From positions 55,996 through 115,092 of the forward strand of contig JBGMQU010000001.1 in NCBI GenBank assembly GCA_048060725.1: a stretch of DNA of 59,097 nt, written 5' to 3'. Below the pieces are notes generated by a model, which saw only the letters and a program-made list of their open reading frames with translations, did no database searches and was not told the DNA's origin. The first letter of the stretch is position 1, and the number at the start of each line of letters is the position of its first letter. Below, in pieces: positions 1 to 9,271 of the stretch. The translations under genes and the position numbers were made by a program. This DNA is from Gemmatimonadota bacterium. Its GTDB lineage: Bacteria > Gemmatimonadota > Gemmatimonadetes > Palauibacterales > Palauibacteraceae.

Positions 1-258
1 ACGGGAACGGAAGTCTGGATGGTCGAGGGTGGGACGCCCAACGTCCTGCTTCGCCGAGGTCTTCATCGTGACTGCCTGACGCCGGGCACCGAGATCATCG
101 TCGACGGCTACCAGGCGAAGGATCACTCGCTCAAGCGCGCGAACGGCCGCGACGTCACGTTCACCGACGGCACGAAGATCTTCATGGGGTCGTCGGGCAC
201 GGGCGCGCCGGATGACGCGGAGCGTCTGCGGCAACGGCAGGCGAAGGGCCGTTGCTAG
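1..258 (+). CDS. DUF6152-family protein, 5' truncated by window edge
   Basis: Frame is open from base 1 (TGTEVWMVEGGTPNVLLRRG...IIVDGYQAKD...ANGRDVTFTDG). The W-x-x-E-G-x-x-P-x-x-L-x-R-R-G pattern resembles the DUF6152 C-terminal half. Confidence 0.7.
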   Translation, partial: TGTEVWMVEGGTPNVLLRRGLHRDCLTPGTEIIVDGYQAKDHSLKRANGRDVTFTDGTKIFMGSSGTGAPDDAERLRQRQAKGRC

Positions 259-300
259 ACTGGTGTGGAGCGGGGCCGTAGCCCGGGGGGCAACACCCTT

Positions 301-771
301 CTAGGAGAAGCCGATCCAGCGGCCCGCCGCCGCCACGGTGAACCAGAGCAGCAGCGAGGCCGCGCCGACCAGCCGGGTCTTCATCGTCGTGTCCGCGGTG
401 CCCGCGCGGACGATTCTGCGGCGCACCGTGAATGTGAAGATCAACGCGATCGGAAGCGTGATCATCTTCACCAGGAACGACGTGCTGAAGTAGAGCTTGA
501 TGGGCTCGCTGATGAAGAGCAGGAGCCCCGTCGTGAGCATGAATACGACCGCCCCGACCATCCACCGGTGCATGTTCTCGGCGACCTCCGCGATCGACTG
601 ATTCGTGAGGCCGAGCCCGAGCAATCGCAGGTCCCCGACCAGCAGCGTCCCGCCAAGCAAGGTGAGCCCGACGAGATGGGCCGCCTCGATCAGGGGAAAC
701 GCCCACAACGACTGGGCCAGCGCCGAGCCCACGGCGGTCGCCTCGAGCCACTCGAAGAAGGGAAAGAGCAT
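301..771 (-). CDS. DUF6644-family integral membrane protein
   Basis: 156 aa with 4 hydrophobic segments; FPLIEAAHLVG, DLRLLG, FLVKM and AGRWIGF motifs. Confidence 0.8.
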   Translation of the reverse strand: MLFPFFEWLEATAVGSALAQSLWAFPLIEAAHLVGLTLLGGTLLVGDLRLLGLGLTNQSIAEVAENMHRWMVGAVVFMLTTGLLLFISEPIKLYFSTSFLVKMITLPIALIFTFTVRRRIVRAGTADTTMKTRLVGAASLLLWFTVAAAGRWIGFS

Positions 772-783
772 CGCGCCGCCGGG

Positions 784-1338
784 CTACTGCACCACGAGGA
801 TGCAGCCCGAGACCCAGTTCACGAACGCGGGCTGAGGCTGCAGGTCGCAGGTGAACCAGTTGTACGCGACGAGACGTCCTGAGATGACGATGAAGCCCCA
901 CGCGATCAGCGACAGCAGGCCCGCGCGGCGAGCCGCCTTGGGCAGCACGTCGAGGTGGTCCCAGTCCTTCACGCTCTGGTGTATCCGTTTGTGGAAGAGG
1001 AATGCGTTCAGGCCGGCAAAGACGAGCAGGACCATCTTGAAGCGGAAAAACATGTTGTGGTAATAATAGACCGGATCGGAGTAGAAGAGCAGCACGCCGG
1101 TCACGACCATCACGACGAAGCCGCCCCGGGTCCAGGGCAGGATTCGTCCCGTCACCTCCGACACCGGTATACCCTTGAGCGACCAGCCGAGAAGGCGCAG
1201 GTCGTTGACGATGGCCGTCCCGACGAAGACGGCGAGAAAGAGGACGTGCGTCGACTCGAGGAGAGGCCACACCCAGTAGGACTCGAGAAGGGCGATGCTC
1301 CACGGCGTGTTGTCGACCCACACCAGGAAGTCGTGCAC
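784..1338 (-). CDS. DUF6644-family integral membrane protein (paralog)
   Basis: 184 aa; WPLLESTHVL, DLRLLG, FRFKM and SGRLVAY motifs; C-terminal Cys pair. Confidence 0.8.
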   Translation of the reverse strand: MHDFLVWVDNTPWSIALLESYWVWPLLESTHVLFLAVFVGTAIVNDLRLLGWSLKGIPVSEVTGRILPWTRGGFVVMVVTGVLLFYSDPVYYYHNMFFRFKMVLLVFAGLNAFLFHKRIHQSVKDWDHLDVLPKAARRAGLLSLIAWGFIVISGRLVAYNWFTCDLQPQPAFVNWVSGCILVVQ

Positions 1339-1349
1339 GCGGGAGGCCG

Positions 1350-1871
1350 CTAGCCGCCGGACTCGTTAGTGGGCGTGTCGTCCGGCGCGGTGTCCGTCCG
1401 GTCGTCGCTCGGCCGCAGTGTCTCGAGCGCGTACGAGGCATGGCACGCCGAGCAGACCGCGTACACCTCGGCTCCGGCATCGAATATCTGGTCGACGTCA
1501 CGCGACTCCGCGGCCGCGATCGCGACACGGCCGACGTCGACCATATCCTGCGAGAACCCCATCCAGGCGCTCCGATCGATCGCACGCCCGTCCATCATCA
1601 GCAGATTGCCGGACTCGGCGAGCACGTATGCGGCGTGGCGCACCTGCTCCCATTCCTCCTCCGTCTCGGGACGGAAGTCATGGACGCCGTCGAAATCGAT
1701 GATCGTCCCGACCGCGTCCCAATACGTCTCGGCCGCGGGCTCGAGGATGCCGTTCATCATCGTCTGGACGTCGGCGACGGGGTCGTACCGCGACGTGCGG
1801 GTACCGGATTCCTGCGTGCAGCCGCCAAGTGCCAGTGGAACCGCGATGGCGGCGAATCCGAGTGTTTTCAT
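1350..1871 (-). CDS. Lipoprotein with C-terminal heme c motif (cytochrome c'-like)
   Basis: Start MKTLG at 1871, lipobox-like LALGGC, helical body, CSACH near the C-terminus. Confidence 0.7.
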   Translation of the reverse strand: MKTLGFAAIAVPLALGGCTQESGTRTSRYDPVADVQTMMNGILEPAAETYWDAVGTIIDFDGVHDFRPETEEEWEQVRHAAYVLAESGNLLMMDGRAIDRSAWMGFSQDMVDVGRVAIAAAESRDVDQIFDAGAEVYAVCSACHASYALETLRPSDDRTDTAPDDTPTNESGG

Positions 1872-1896
1872 GACGGGCAAGCTATGTGGCCAGTTG

Positions 1897-3426
1897 CTAG
1901 GGGACCAAGCACTCGAAGCTCTCTGCCCGATTCGCGTCACCGGTACCGTCGTACACGGCCTTTCCGGGATAGGCACAGAGCGGACGCTGCATCTCGACTT
2001 CGCCCTGATTGATCTTCGTCGCGATCAGCCGCTCCGGGGCCTCGTCTTCCTCGACCCATTCCACGATCGCCGAGAGCCAGTCGACCGTGCCCGGTCCGGG
2101 GCCGCCCGTGCAGTGCAGGACACCGGGCAGCATGAACAACCGCACGTAGTCGGTGACCTCGGAGTCGCCGGCGGCGACTCCCTCGTAGTACCGAATCGTC
2201 CCGGTGGCGGGGATCGCCGGGTCGGAGAGCCCGTTCCAGAGGATCAGCTTCCCGCCGGCCGTCTTGAACGGGGTGAGATCCGTCTCGGTCGCGTTCAGGA
2301 TCCCGGCCGCCCGGCGCGTGTCCTCTTCCCACGCGAAGTAGTCGGAGAAATCGTAGGTGGAATAGTCGAACTCCGGATCGTCGAAAATGAGGTATTTGTG
2401 CATCTGCGTTCCAAATGCGTACTGCAGGCTCGGCGTGCCGGGGCCGAACTGGTTTCCGCCGCCCGTGATCCAGCTCCCCCAGCCTGCAGGGTCCGCCTCG
2501 GCGCCAAACGGGAACCCGGGATAGACCCGCCGATCGCCGACGAGCGCGCCGCCGTAGATCACCGCGACGGCCCGACTCTGCTCCGGCGTGAGCGACGCGA
2601 TGCTCTCGGGTCGGAAATCGCAGGCGAGCGGGTCGGTCATGATCCCGTCCTTTACGCCGTCCAGATTGTCGCAGGCCTCGAGGATCGCGTCCTCTACGAC
2701 CCTCGCCACCTCCGGCGTGATCACGGGTTCCGCGAGGTTCGATGGGTCGGGGTAGAGCGCCTGCTGCGTCTGGAGAAAGAGGGCGCCGAGACCCGTCCAG
2801 TCGTAGGCGGGTGCACCCGACACGATGCCGTCGAAATCGTCGGGGAAGCGCTGCGACGACATCATCCCCTGACCGCCACCGCGCGAACATCCGAGGAAGT
2901 AGGAGTAGTCGATGTCACGTCCGTAAAAGAGTCGGACGATGGTCTTTGCCGCCTCCGCCGTCACGTGTACCGCGCGGTGTCCGAAATTGATCTCACGGTC
3001 GGGCCGGTCGAGCGCCCAGCTCGCGTCGGTCGCGCTCGCCTGGTGGCCCGTGTCCGTGCCGACCGTCGCGAACCCGCGGCCGAGGATCGTGGCGCCGCCG
3101 AACACCTCGAGTGCCTGGTTCCGGACGCTGCCCGCGAACCCACCTCCCCCGCCCATGAGGAGGCGCCCGTTCCATCCGTCCGGTTGTGGGAGCAAAAGCT
3201 CGAAGTGGATCTCCGAATCGACGGTGCCCCGAACGACGCAGTGGGCAGGTACATCCCCCGCGGCCTCGAGTGCCTCGACCTCGTCGATCTGGAAGCCGCT
3301 CCAGTCCACCCCGGACAGCTCTGTGCAATCCAGGGACAGGGTCACGTCGGCTGTGGACGCGGGAAGGGCGATGGCGAGGAAGGGAAGCGCCGCGATTGAC
3401 AGAGACGCGCGTACGGCCTTGTTCAT
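1897..3426 (-). CDS. Tannase/feruloyl esterase family alpha/beta hydrolase, secreted
   Basis: Signal peptide; GGGGFAG, TDTGH, nucleophile GCSRGG, LHC, RPLCAYP. Confidence 0.93.
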   Translation of the reverse strand: MNKAVRASLSIAALPFLAIALPASTADVTLSLDCTELSGVDWSGFQIDEVEALEAAGDVPAHCVVRGTVDSEIHFELLLPQPDGWNGRLLMGGGGGFAGSVRNQALEVFGGATILGRGFATVGTDTGHQASATDASWALDRPDREINFGHRAVHVTAEAAKTIVRLFYGRDIDYSYFLGCSRGGGQGMMSSQRFPDDFDGIVSGAPAYDWTGLGALFLQTQQALYPDPSNLAEPVITPEVARVVEDAILEACDNLDGVKDGIMTDPLACDFRPESIASLTPEQSRAVAVIYGGALVGDRRVYPGFPFGAEADPAGWGSWITGGGNQFGPGTPSLQYAFGTQMHKYLIFDDPEFDYSTYDFSDYFAWEEDTRRAAGILNATETDLTPFKTAGGKLILWNGLSDPAIPATGTIRYYEGVAAGDSEVTDYVRLFMLPGVLHCTGGPGPGTVDWLSAIVEWVEEDEAPERLIATKINQGEVEMQRPLCAYPGKAVYDGTGDANRAESFECLVP

Positions 3427-3482
3427 CTTGATCCCCGTGTTTGAGACTGGGTCCGAAGTTACGGAGTACGACGATCACACAG

Positions 3483-3516
3483 TGTCGAGCACGACACACC
3501 GTTGTCGAGGGCGACA
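3483..3516. promoter_or_regulatory. Two tandem palindromes TGTCG-N4-CGACA (candidate operators)
   Basis: TGTCGagcaCGACA at 3483-3496 and TGTCGagggCGACA at 3503-3516, 20 bp period, upstream of the tannase start. Confidence 0.5.
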
Positions 3517-3528
3517 GTCCTGCGGACG

Positions 3529-4770
3529 CTACCCCGTCGGCTTGATCAGACGGTACTGACGTATGTATTCGACGCCCATCTCATCGCGCTGGACGCCCAG
3601 GACATAGTCGTCGCCGATCTCGAGCACCCGGAGAGATGGGAGCTCGACGCTCCCGAGCAATGTGCCCGACGGCGCGAAGACGAGGAATTGAACCGGGCCT
3701 GACGGGTCACGGTCGGGAGGAATCTGTTCGACCCATACGTTCCCGCGATGATCGAGCACGAGGTACCCGTACGTCGGTCGGGTCTCGGCGTGCACTACCT
3801 CCGAGAGCAGCCGCCGGGCCTCGTCGGTACCCATCTTCGCCGACCACAGATCGGCCGTCGAGTCGCGCCACGCGACGATCTCGGCCTCCGTGATCGGGGC
3901 CGCTCTCGCGGTCCAGCGCATGGATGTGCGAGACCCGTCGGGAGCGATGCAGGTCACCTCGGGCACTGCCTGTTCACCGAAGCAAACCGTCGCTTCGACC
4001 GGGTGCACGGCGATCACGGTTCGCTTCGCGAGGGCGGGTTGCACGGGAACCGAGCCCGCCGAAGGCGAAAGGGGTGTTTGCTCTGTGTCCGCGAACGTCA
4101 CTCTCGACTCGATCGTGGACAGATCGGTCGCGACGAAGACGGCCCCGGCCGCCCCCCGACTCACGCCGCTGACCGCGTTTGCTTCGGCCCTGCCGCCTCC
4201 CTTCCGGACCAGTCGAACCAGCATCCGCCCATCGGGTAACGGGCGGGCGGCGGCGGGGTAGAGCGGCGGCCTGATCGCCTTGCCCAGAGCCGCGAGGTCG
4301 AGGGCCCGCATCCCGGCGAACTCGCCGGCGGGACCGAATCGCGTGACGCGTGACAGCGTGACGTCCCCGACGTCGATCGAATCGCCGGGACCGATAAGCA
4401 GGTGGGCGGGTCCCCGAAACTCGCCCGGCCCCGCCCCTTCGCCACCGAATTCACCGATGAACGACCCATCCGATGCGTAGCGCCGGATCATCCGCGACTC
4501 GTCCACGAGGACGATCGTTCCGTCTGACTGACGCGCCGCCGCGACGACGCCGAACAGCTGATACTCCGCCGCGCCGTCCAGCACGCCGATGCTGACGGTG
4601 GGTGCGGGATCGATCGACCAGGCCGCTCCGGCGGCCCAGGCTGCGCCTCGATTCTCGACCAGCGTCACGCCCGCGCTGTCGGAGACGGTGGTGGCCGGGC
4701 GCGACCCGTCCGGGGGGCTGCACGCGGCACACGCCACCGCAGTTGTCGCTACCAGGGCGAGTCGGGCCAT
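3529..4770 (-). CDS. 6-bladed beta-propeller lipoprotein
   Basis: MARLALV...ACAAC lipobox; GGEGAGPGEF propeller motif; C-terminal VLGVQRDEMGVEYI. Start could be 4794. Confidence 0.75.
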   Translation of the reverse strand: MARLALVATTAVACAACSPPDGSRPATTVSDSAGVTLVENRGAAWAAGAAWSIDPAPTVSIGVLDGAAEYQLFGVVAAARQSDGTIVLVDESRMIRRYASDGSFIGEFGGEGAGPGEFRGPAHLLIGPGDSIDVGDVTLSRVTRFGPAGEFAGMRALDLAALGKAIRPPLYPAAARPLPDGRMLVRLVRKGGGRAEANAVSGVSRGAAGAVFVATDLSTIESRVTFADTEQTPLSPSAGSVPVQPALAKRTVIAVHPVEATVCFGEQAVPEVTCIAPDGSRTSMRWTARAAPITEAEIVAWRDSTADLWSAKMGTDEARRLLSEVVHAETRPTYGYLVLDHRGNVWVEQIPPDRDPSGPVQFLVFAPSGTLLGSVELPSLRVLEIGDDYVLGVQRDEMGVEYIRQYRLIKPTG

Positions 4771-4894
4771 CGTCGGAGGCGCGGCTACCCCCATAGCTCC
4801 GCCAGGTGCGTGTCGCACTCGTCGACGCCGTCGCGCCCGGCCCCCTCCCGGAGGCATGTCGACTATGCGGATGCCGTGGGCCGGGTTATGCGGG

Positions 4895-5539
4895 TTATGC
4901 AGCGTACCAGAGGACCGCGAAGAAATGGCACACCGAACCCGTCAGCACGAAGAGGTGCCATACGAAATGGCTGTAGGGACGACGCGCGACGTAGAAGACC
5001 ACCCCGCCCGTGTACGCGAGTCCTCCCGCGGCGAGCCACAGGATGCCGTCGATCGGCACGCTCGTGACCAGCGGTTTGAACGCGATGACGATCAACCAGC
5101 CCATCAAGAGATAGAGCGCAGTGGACAGGCGCGGATAACGCACCCCTGCGACGAGCTTGTGGATAACGCCGATCGCGGCCGCGGCCCAGACGATCCCGAA
5201 CAGGGTCCACCCCCACGTGCCGCCGAGCACCCCGAGGGTAAACGGCGTGTAGGTGCCGGCGATCAGCAGATAGATGGCCGCATGGTCGAGCCTGCGCAGG
5301 CGCTGCTTGAGCGGGCTCGATGGCACCGCGTGGTACCACATCGACGACAGGTAGAGCAGGATGAGCGACACCCCGAAGACGGTGGCCCCGACGACGTTCG
5401 CCGTGCTCCCGCGTCCGGCCGCCTGCACCACGAGGATGGGCGTGGCGGCGAGCGCGCTGACGAAGCCGATGCCGTGGCTCAGGCTGTTCGCGAGTTCTTC
5501 GCGCGGACTGCGTTCGGTCTTCGTGGTGCCAGGGCTCAC
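4895..5539 (-). CDS. Hemolysin III / PAQR family membrane protein
   Basis: EELANSLSHG, SxxYH, DHAAIYLLIAGTYTPF, HFVWHLFVL. Confidence 0.93.
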   Translation of the reverse strand: MSPGTTKTERSPREELANSLSHGIGFVSALAATPILVVQAAGRGSTANVVGATVFGVSLILLYLSSMWYHAVPSSPLKQRLRRLDHAAIYLLIAGTYTPFTLGVLGGTWGWTLFGIVWAAAAIGVIHKLVAGVRYPRLSTALYLLMGWLIVIAFKPLVTSVPIDGILWLAAGGLAYTGGVVFYVARRPYSHFVWHLFVLTGSVCHFFAVLWYAA

Positions 5540-6003
5540 GTCAACTCCGTCTTCGGGCCGAGATGGTCATCGAAGATTGTCCGATGGGCCCGGTACGACC
5601 AGTCTCCATCCCGAGTGTAGTACTCCTCCACCCATTTCTGAAGATCCGCAAGATACGAGTTCTGCTGCTCGAGCGACTCATACTTCGCGGGCTCCCACGG
5701 GCGAGCACGGTTGTGGGCCTGACACACGTCCAGGCCGGGGTTGAGAAAAACGAGCTCCGAGCAATGCGGGGCCGCCGCCTTCACGAGCTCTCCGTAGCAG
5801 CCCTCGATCACCCACTCCGTGTTCGCCGACAGGAACTCGTCGAGCGATTCGAGGATCGCGTCTGCCGCACGCTGGACCGCGATCCGGTCCGGTTCCCAGA
5901 CGATCGAGTCGAGGTCGAGGTGGGGGAGGCCGTGGTCGCGAACCAGGCCTCTCGCGTACGTGGTTTTCCCCGAGCCGGAGTTGCCGAATACGAGCAGCCT
6001 CAT
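5536..6003 (-). CDS. Adenylate/shikimate kinase-like P-loop protein (FlaR-like)
   Basis: MRLLVFGNSGSGKTT Walker A, LDLD, WVIEG. Confidence 0.8.
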   Translation of the reverse strand: MRLLVFGNSGSGKTTYARGLVRDHGLPHLDLDSIVWEPDRIAVQRAADAILESLDEFLSANTEWVIEGCYGELVKAAAPHCSELVFLNPGLDVCQAHNRARPWEPAKYESLEQQNSYLADLQKWVEEYYTRDGDWSYRAHRTIFDDHLGPKTELT

Positions 6004-6079
6004 CGGTCTGTGCCTCCGCGCGAGCATCTACATCGCCCCGACGCGATCACGACACCACTGCAAGATCACTCACGCGAGG

Positions 6080-6853
6080 TCACTCGTCTGCATCCGCGAG
6101 GCGCACCGCGAGGACACGCGACCACAGCTTCCCGGTCAACAGAAGGACGCCTGTCTCGGGGATGTACGCGATCCCGTTGAGGACCGCATCGACTCCGCCC
6201 GGACGGCCGCCCATCAGCGAAAGCCCCGAGCCGTCGATCTCACCCGTCACGTCGCCCGTCGCCTTGTCGATCCTGACGATCCGGTCTGTCTGGTACACGT
6301 TGGCATAGATCTCATCGTCCAGGCACTCGAGTTCGTTGAGCCGCGGCACCGCGCGTCCGCCTGCCGTCACCGACACCTCTTCCAGTACCTCGAACGTGGA
6401 CGGGTCCCGACGGGTGAGCGTGCTGGTTCCATTTGACATGTAGAGCGACGCCCCGTCGTAGCAGAGGCCCCAGCCCTCTCCCTCGTACTCGTACTCCCGC
6501 GTCCGCTCGAGGGTCTCGAGATCGTAGACGAGCACCAGGCCGTCCTTCCACGTCAGCTGGTACAGCTCCGCGTCGACGAGAGCGAGTCCCTCGGCGAACA
6601 GCGTCGAGTCGACGGCCGTCCGTGCGACCACGCGACCCGACTCGATATCGACTTTGCGGAGGCTCGACGAGCCGTACTGCCCCGTGCTCTCGAACAGGTA
6701 ACCGTCGTGAAACAACAGGCCCTGCGTGTAGGCGCCCGCATCGTGTGGGAAGGTCGTCAGGATCTCGTACTCGAGAGTCGGGACCCGCGTCGCGCAGGCA
6801 GACAGGCCGACCAACGCGAAGACGGCACAGGCGGCGGGTCGAACGCTCCTCAC
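6080..6853 (-). CDS. Glutaminyl-peptide cyclotransferase (beta-propeller type), lipoprotein
   Basis: YTQGL, ESTGQYG, FAEGL, QLTW, EGWGLC, LNELE, VLNGIAY, TGKLW. GTG at 6853 overlaps the upstream stop (GTGA). Confidence 0.92.
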   Translation of the reverse strand: MRSVRPAACAVFALVGLSACATRVPTLEYEILTTFPHDAGAYTQGLLFHDGYLFESTGQYGSSSLRKVDIESGRVVARTAVDSTLFAEGLALVDAELYQLTWKDGLVLVYDLETLERTREYEYEGEGWGLCYDGASLYMSNGTSTLTRRDPSTFEVLEEVSVTAGGRAVPRLNELECLDDEIYANVYQTDRIVRIDKATGDVTGEIDGSGLSLMGGRPGGVDAVLNGIAYIPETGVLLLTGKLWSRVLAVRLADADE

Positions 6854-7452
6854 GGCCGGAGTCCGTGCCGCCAGAGACGCGTCTCGAGATGCTTCTGCAC
6901 GCCGGGCCATTCCGCGAGCAGGATCGAGTACATGACGTCGTCCCGGACGCTGCCGTCGGCCCGCAGCGAGTGGTTCCTGATCACGCCGTCCTTCTTCGCA
7001 CCGATCGCCTCGATCGCCCGCTGCGAACGAAGGTTGAGCCCGTCGGTGCGCAGCCCCACGACTCCGCACCCGAGCGCGTCGAACGCATATCCGAGAAGAA
7101 GCAGCTTGCACGCCGTGTTCACGTGCGTGCGGTGATGGCTCGCCCCGTACCACGTGTACCCGATCTCGACCCGGTCGGCGGCCGGGACGATGTCGTGGTA
7201 GCGTGTCGATCCGATCAGGCGCCCGGACTCGGTCTCCCGGACCGCCCACGGCAGCATGTGCCCGGCGGTCTGCCCCGCAAGCGCGTCCTCGATGTACTTC
7301 TGCGTCGCGTCGGGCGCGGGCACGAACGTGAAGAACAGGTCCCACAACTCGCCGTCCGCGGCCGCGGCCTGGAGACCGTCGTGGTGGGCCTCAGCGAGCG
7401 GCTCGAGGCGAACGCTGTGGCCCTCGAGAGTACTCGGTCGTGGTTCGATCAT
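6850..7452 (-). CDS. GNAT family N-acetyltransferase (RimJ/RimL-like)
   Basis: IGSTRY, VEIGYTW, NTACKLLLL, NLRSQRAIEAIGA. Confidence 0.9.
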   Translation of the reverse strand: MIEPRPSTLEGHSVRLEPLAEAHHDGLQAAAADGELWDLFFTFVPAPDATQKYIEDALAGQTAGHMLPWAVRETESGRLIGSTRYHDIVPAADRVEIGYTWYGASHHRTHVNTACKLLLLGYAFDALGCGVVGLRTDGLNLRSQRAIEAIGAKKDGVIRNHSLRADGSVRDDVMYSILLAEWPGVQKHLETRLWRHGLRP

Positions 7453-7501
7453 CGATTTGGTTCTCCACTTCGGCCACGGCGGGCGTTTGTCAGCCACCTG
7501 G

Positions 7502-7529
7502 CGGGGGATGATACGGTTATCATCCCCCG
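7502..7529. promoter_or_regulatory. Perfect 12-bp inverted repeat in a divergent intergenic region
   Basis: CGGGGGATGATA-cggt-TATCATCCCCCG between the GNAT start (7452, -) and the YaiI start (7569, +). Confidence 0.5.
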
Positions 7530-7568
7530 TGCCACCAATTCGCCATGTGGAAGCGAAAGGAGTCAGCG

Positions 7569-8027
7569 GTGAAGATCTGGGTCGACGCGGACGCGGCTCC
7601 ACGCGACGTCAAGGACATCGTTGCCCGTGCGGCTCAACGACTGGAGGTCGAGACGAGCTACGTCGCGAACCAGTCGCTCTACACGCCCCGTCACAATCCC
7701 TTCGTCGACGCGGTGGTCGTACACGGCGGGCCCGACGCGGCGGACGACCACATCGCCGAGCACGCAGAGATCGGGGACCTGGCGATCACCGCCGACATCC
7801 CGCTGGCCGCCAGACTGGTGGAGAAGGGTGTCGTGACGATCGACCCGCGCGGCACCGAGTACACGGAGGAGACCATCGGCGAGCGGCTTTCGGTCCGCGA
7901 CTTCATGGATCAACTGCGCTCATCGGGGGTCGAGACTGGTGGCCCCCGTGCCTACGGAGCCAGTTCGAAACAGGCGTTCGCCTCGACATTCGATCGCGTT
8001 CTGACCCGTCTGCTGCGGGCTCGCTGA
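7569..8027 (+). CDS. YaiI/YqxD family (UPF0178) protein
   Basis: KIWVDADA, DAADDHI, ITADIPLAA, GGP near the C-terminus. Confidence 0.92.
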   Translation: MKIWVDADAAPRDVKDIVARAAQRLEVETSYVANQSLYTPRHNPFVDAVVVHGGPDAADDHIAEHAEIGDLAITADIPLAARLVEKGVVTIDPRGTEYTEETIGERLSVRDFMDQLRSSGVETGGPRAYGASSKQAFASTFDRVLTRLLRAR

Positions 8028-8075
8028 TCACCCGTCTGCGCCGGGCCTCACGAACATAGGAAATGCTTTCCGGAA

Positions 8076-8870
8076 CTACGGGTTGCGGCTCGGCTTCCTC
8101 GCACGCAGGTGGAAGAAGTACGCGACGACCGTCGCGTCCTGGGCGTCCGGCCAGCGCTCGAGCGCCTCGTCGGACGGGATCGGCTCGGCTGTCCGCTCGA
8201 TCTGGAAGCCGGCATCGATCACGCCGTTGAGCCACTCGCTCATCGTGCTGTTGAACCGCGCGACCCTGAAGGGCTGGAGATCTTTCGTGTCCTCCGCAGG
8301 CGCACGGAACATCCACTCGAAGATCTCCCCGCCCATCGGCCGAAAATAGTCGCCGACCTCGACCGCGTAGGTGCTTCCGGTCTCGTCACGGAGATTTTCT
8401 CGGTGAGGCGTGTCGAAACAAGGGTGACAGATCGAGAACTGGAGAAATCCGCCGGGCCTCACGATGCGGAACGCCTCGCGCAGCGTTGCCGTCTTGTCGG
8501 GGATGTCCATCAGGCTCATGAACGCCGTCGCGAAATCGAACGCTTCGTCGGCGAACGGCAGCGCCATGGCGTTCGCGACCCGATACTCGATCCCGAGGGG
8601 CGATCCCAACTCGGCGGAGAGAGCGTGTTCGACGAACCTCCGCGACACGTCGATCGCCGTCATGCGCGCGCCGCGCCCCGCGATCAGCCGCGTGTTCGAC
8701 CCCTCGCCGCACCCGATGTCGAGTCCGTGCAGCCCCTCCACGTCGGGGAGCATTTCGAGAAACGCCGGCGTGTTGAACGAGTCGCGGTAGACATCGTAGC
8801 CAGCGCGCGAGAGTTGCGTCCACGCGTCGGCGTTGTCGTCCCACAATAGCCCGGCCGCGTAGTGGTCCAT
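8076..8870 (-). CDS. Class I SAM-dependent methyltransferase
   Basis: LDIGCGEG motif I, AIDVS, LRPGG-like segment. Confidence 0.9.
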   Translation of the reverse strand: MDHYAAGLLWDDNADAWTQLSRAGYDVYRDSFNTPAFLEMLPDVEGLHGLDIGCGEGSNTRLIAGRGARMTAIDVSRRFVEHALSAELGSPLGIEYRVANAMALPFADEAFDFATAFMSLMDIPDKTATLREAFRIVRPGGFLQFSICHPCFDTPHRENLRDETGSTYAVEVGDYFRPMGGEIFEWMFRAPAEDTKDLQPFRVARFNSTMSEWLNGVIDAGFQIERTAEPIPSDEALERWPDAQDATVVAYFFHLRARKPSRNP

Positions 8871-8872
8871 CT

Positions 8873-9271
8873 TCAGCCGCAGAGGAGCGCGGCGGTTTCC
8901 TGCTGGGCAGTGCTGGGACTGGCCGGCATTGCCAGGACGATGCCGCGGATCTTCTGGTCGTCGGGCAAGTGCATCAGTAACGGGCCGAGCGGCGGTGGCG
9001 CGTCAACAGCGCTCGCGAGTCCTTCCTCGTTCACCGCCCTGAGCGTTCCCGCGGCGAGTCGAGGCGCGAGCCAGATTCCGTAGTCGACCCAGACTCGGAC
9101 CGGGTCGTCTGCGCCATCGGCCACGTCTTCGACCTCGTCCCTGTACCGGACTACGGCCTCTTCGTACCCGGCGGCGTCCTGAGACTTCAAGCGGAGGAGG
9201 AGCTGCCGATAGAGCGGCTGGACGTCAGCCAACCCGTGCTTCGCGAGCGAATCCGAGTACGCGTCGCTCAC
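8873..9271 (-). CDS. Hypothetical protein
   Basis: 132 aa, protein-like composition, start overlaps the upstream stop (GTGA). Confidence 0.7.
   Translation of the reverse strand: MSDAYSDSLAKHGLADVQPLYRQLLLRLKSQDAAGYEEAVVRYRDEVEDVADGADDPVRVWVDYGIWLAPRLAAGTLRAVNEEGLASAVDAPPPLGPLLMHLPDDQKIRGIVLAMPASPSTAQQETAALLCG

Noticed and set aside
1369-3399. 676-aa + strand ORF and other long antisense ORFs (e.g. 9451-10734, 29975-31528, 55712-56764)
   Set aside because: Shadow frames of well-supported opposite-strand genes in GC-rich DNA; no recognisable motifs.
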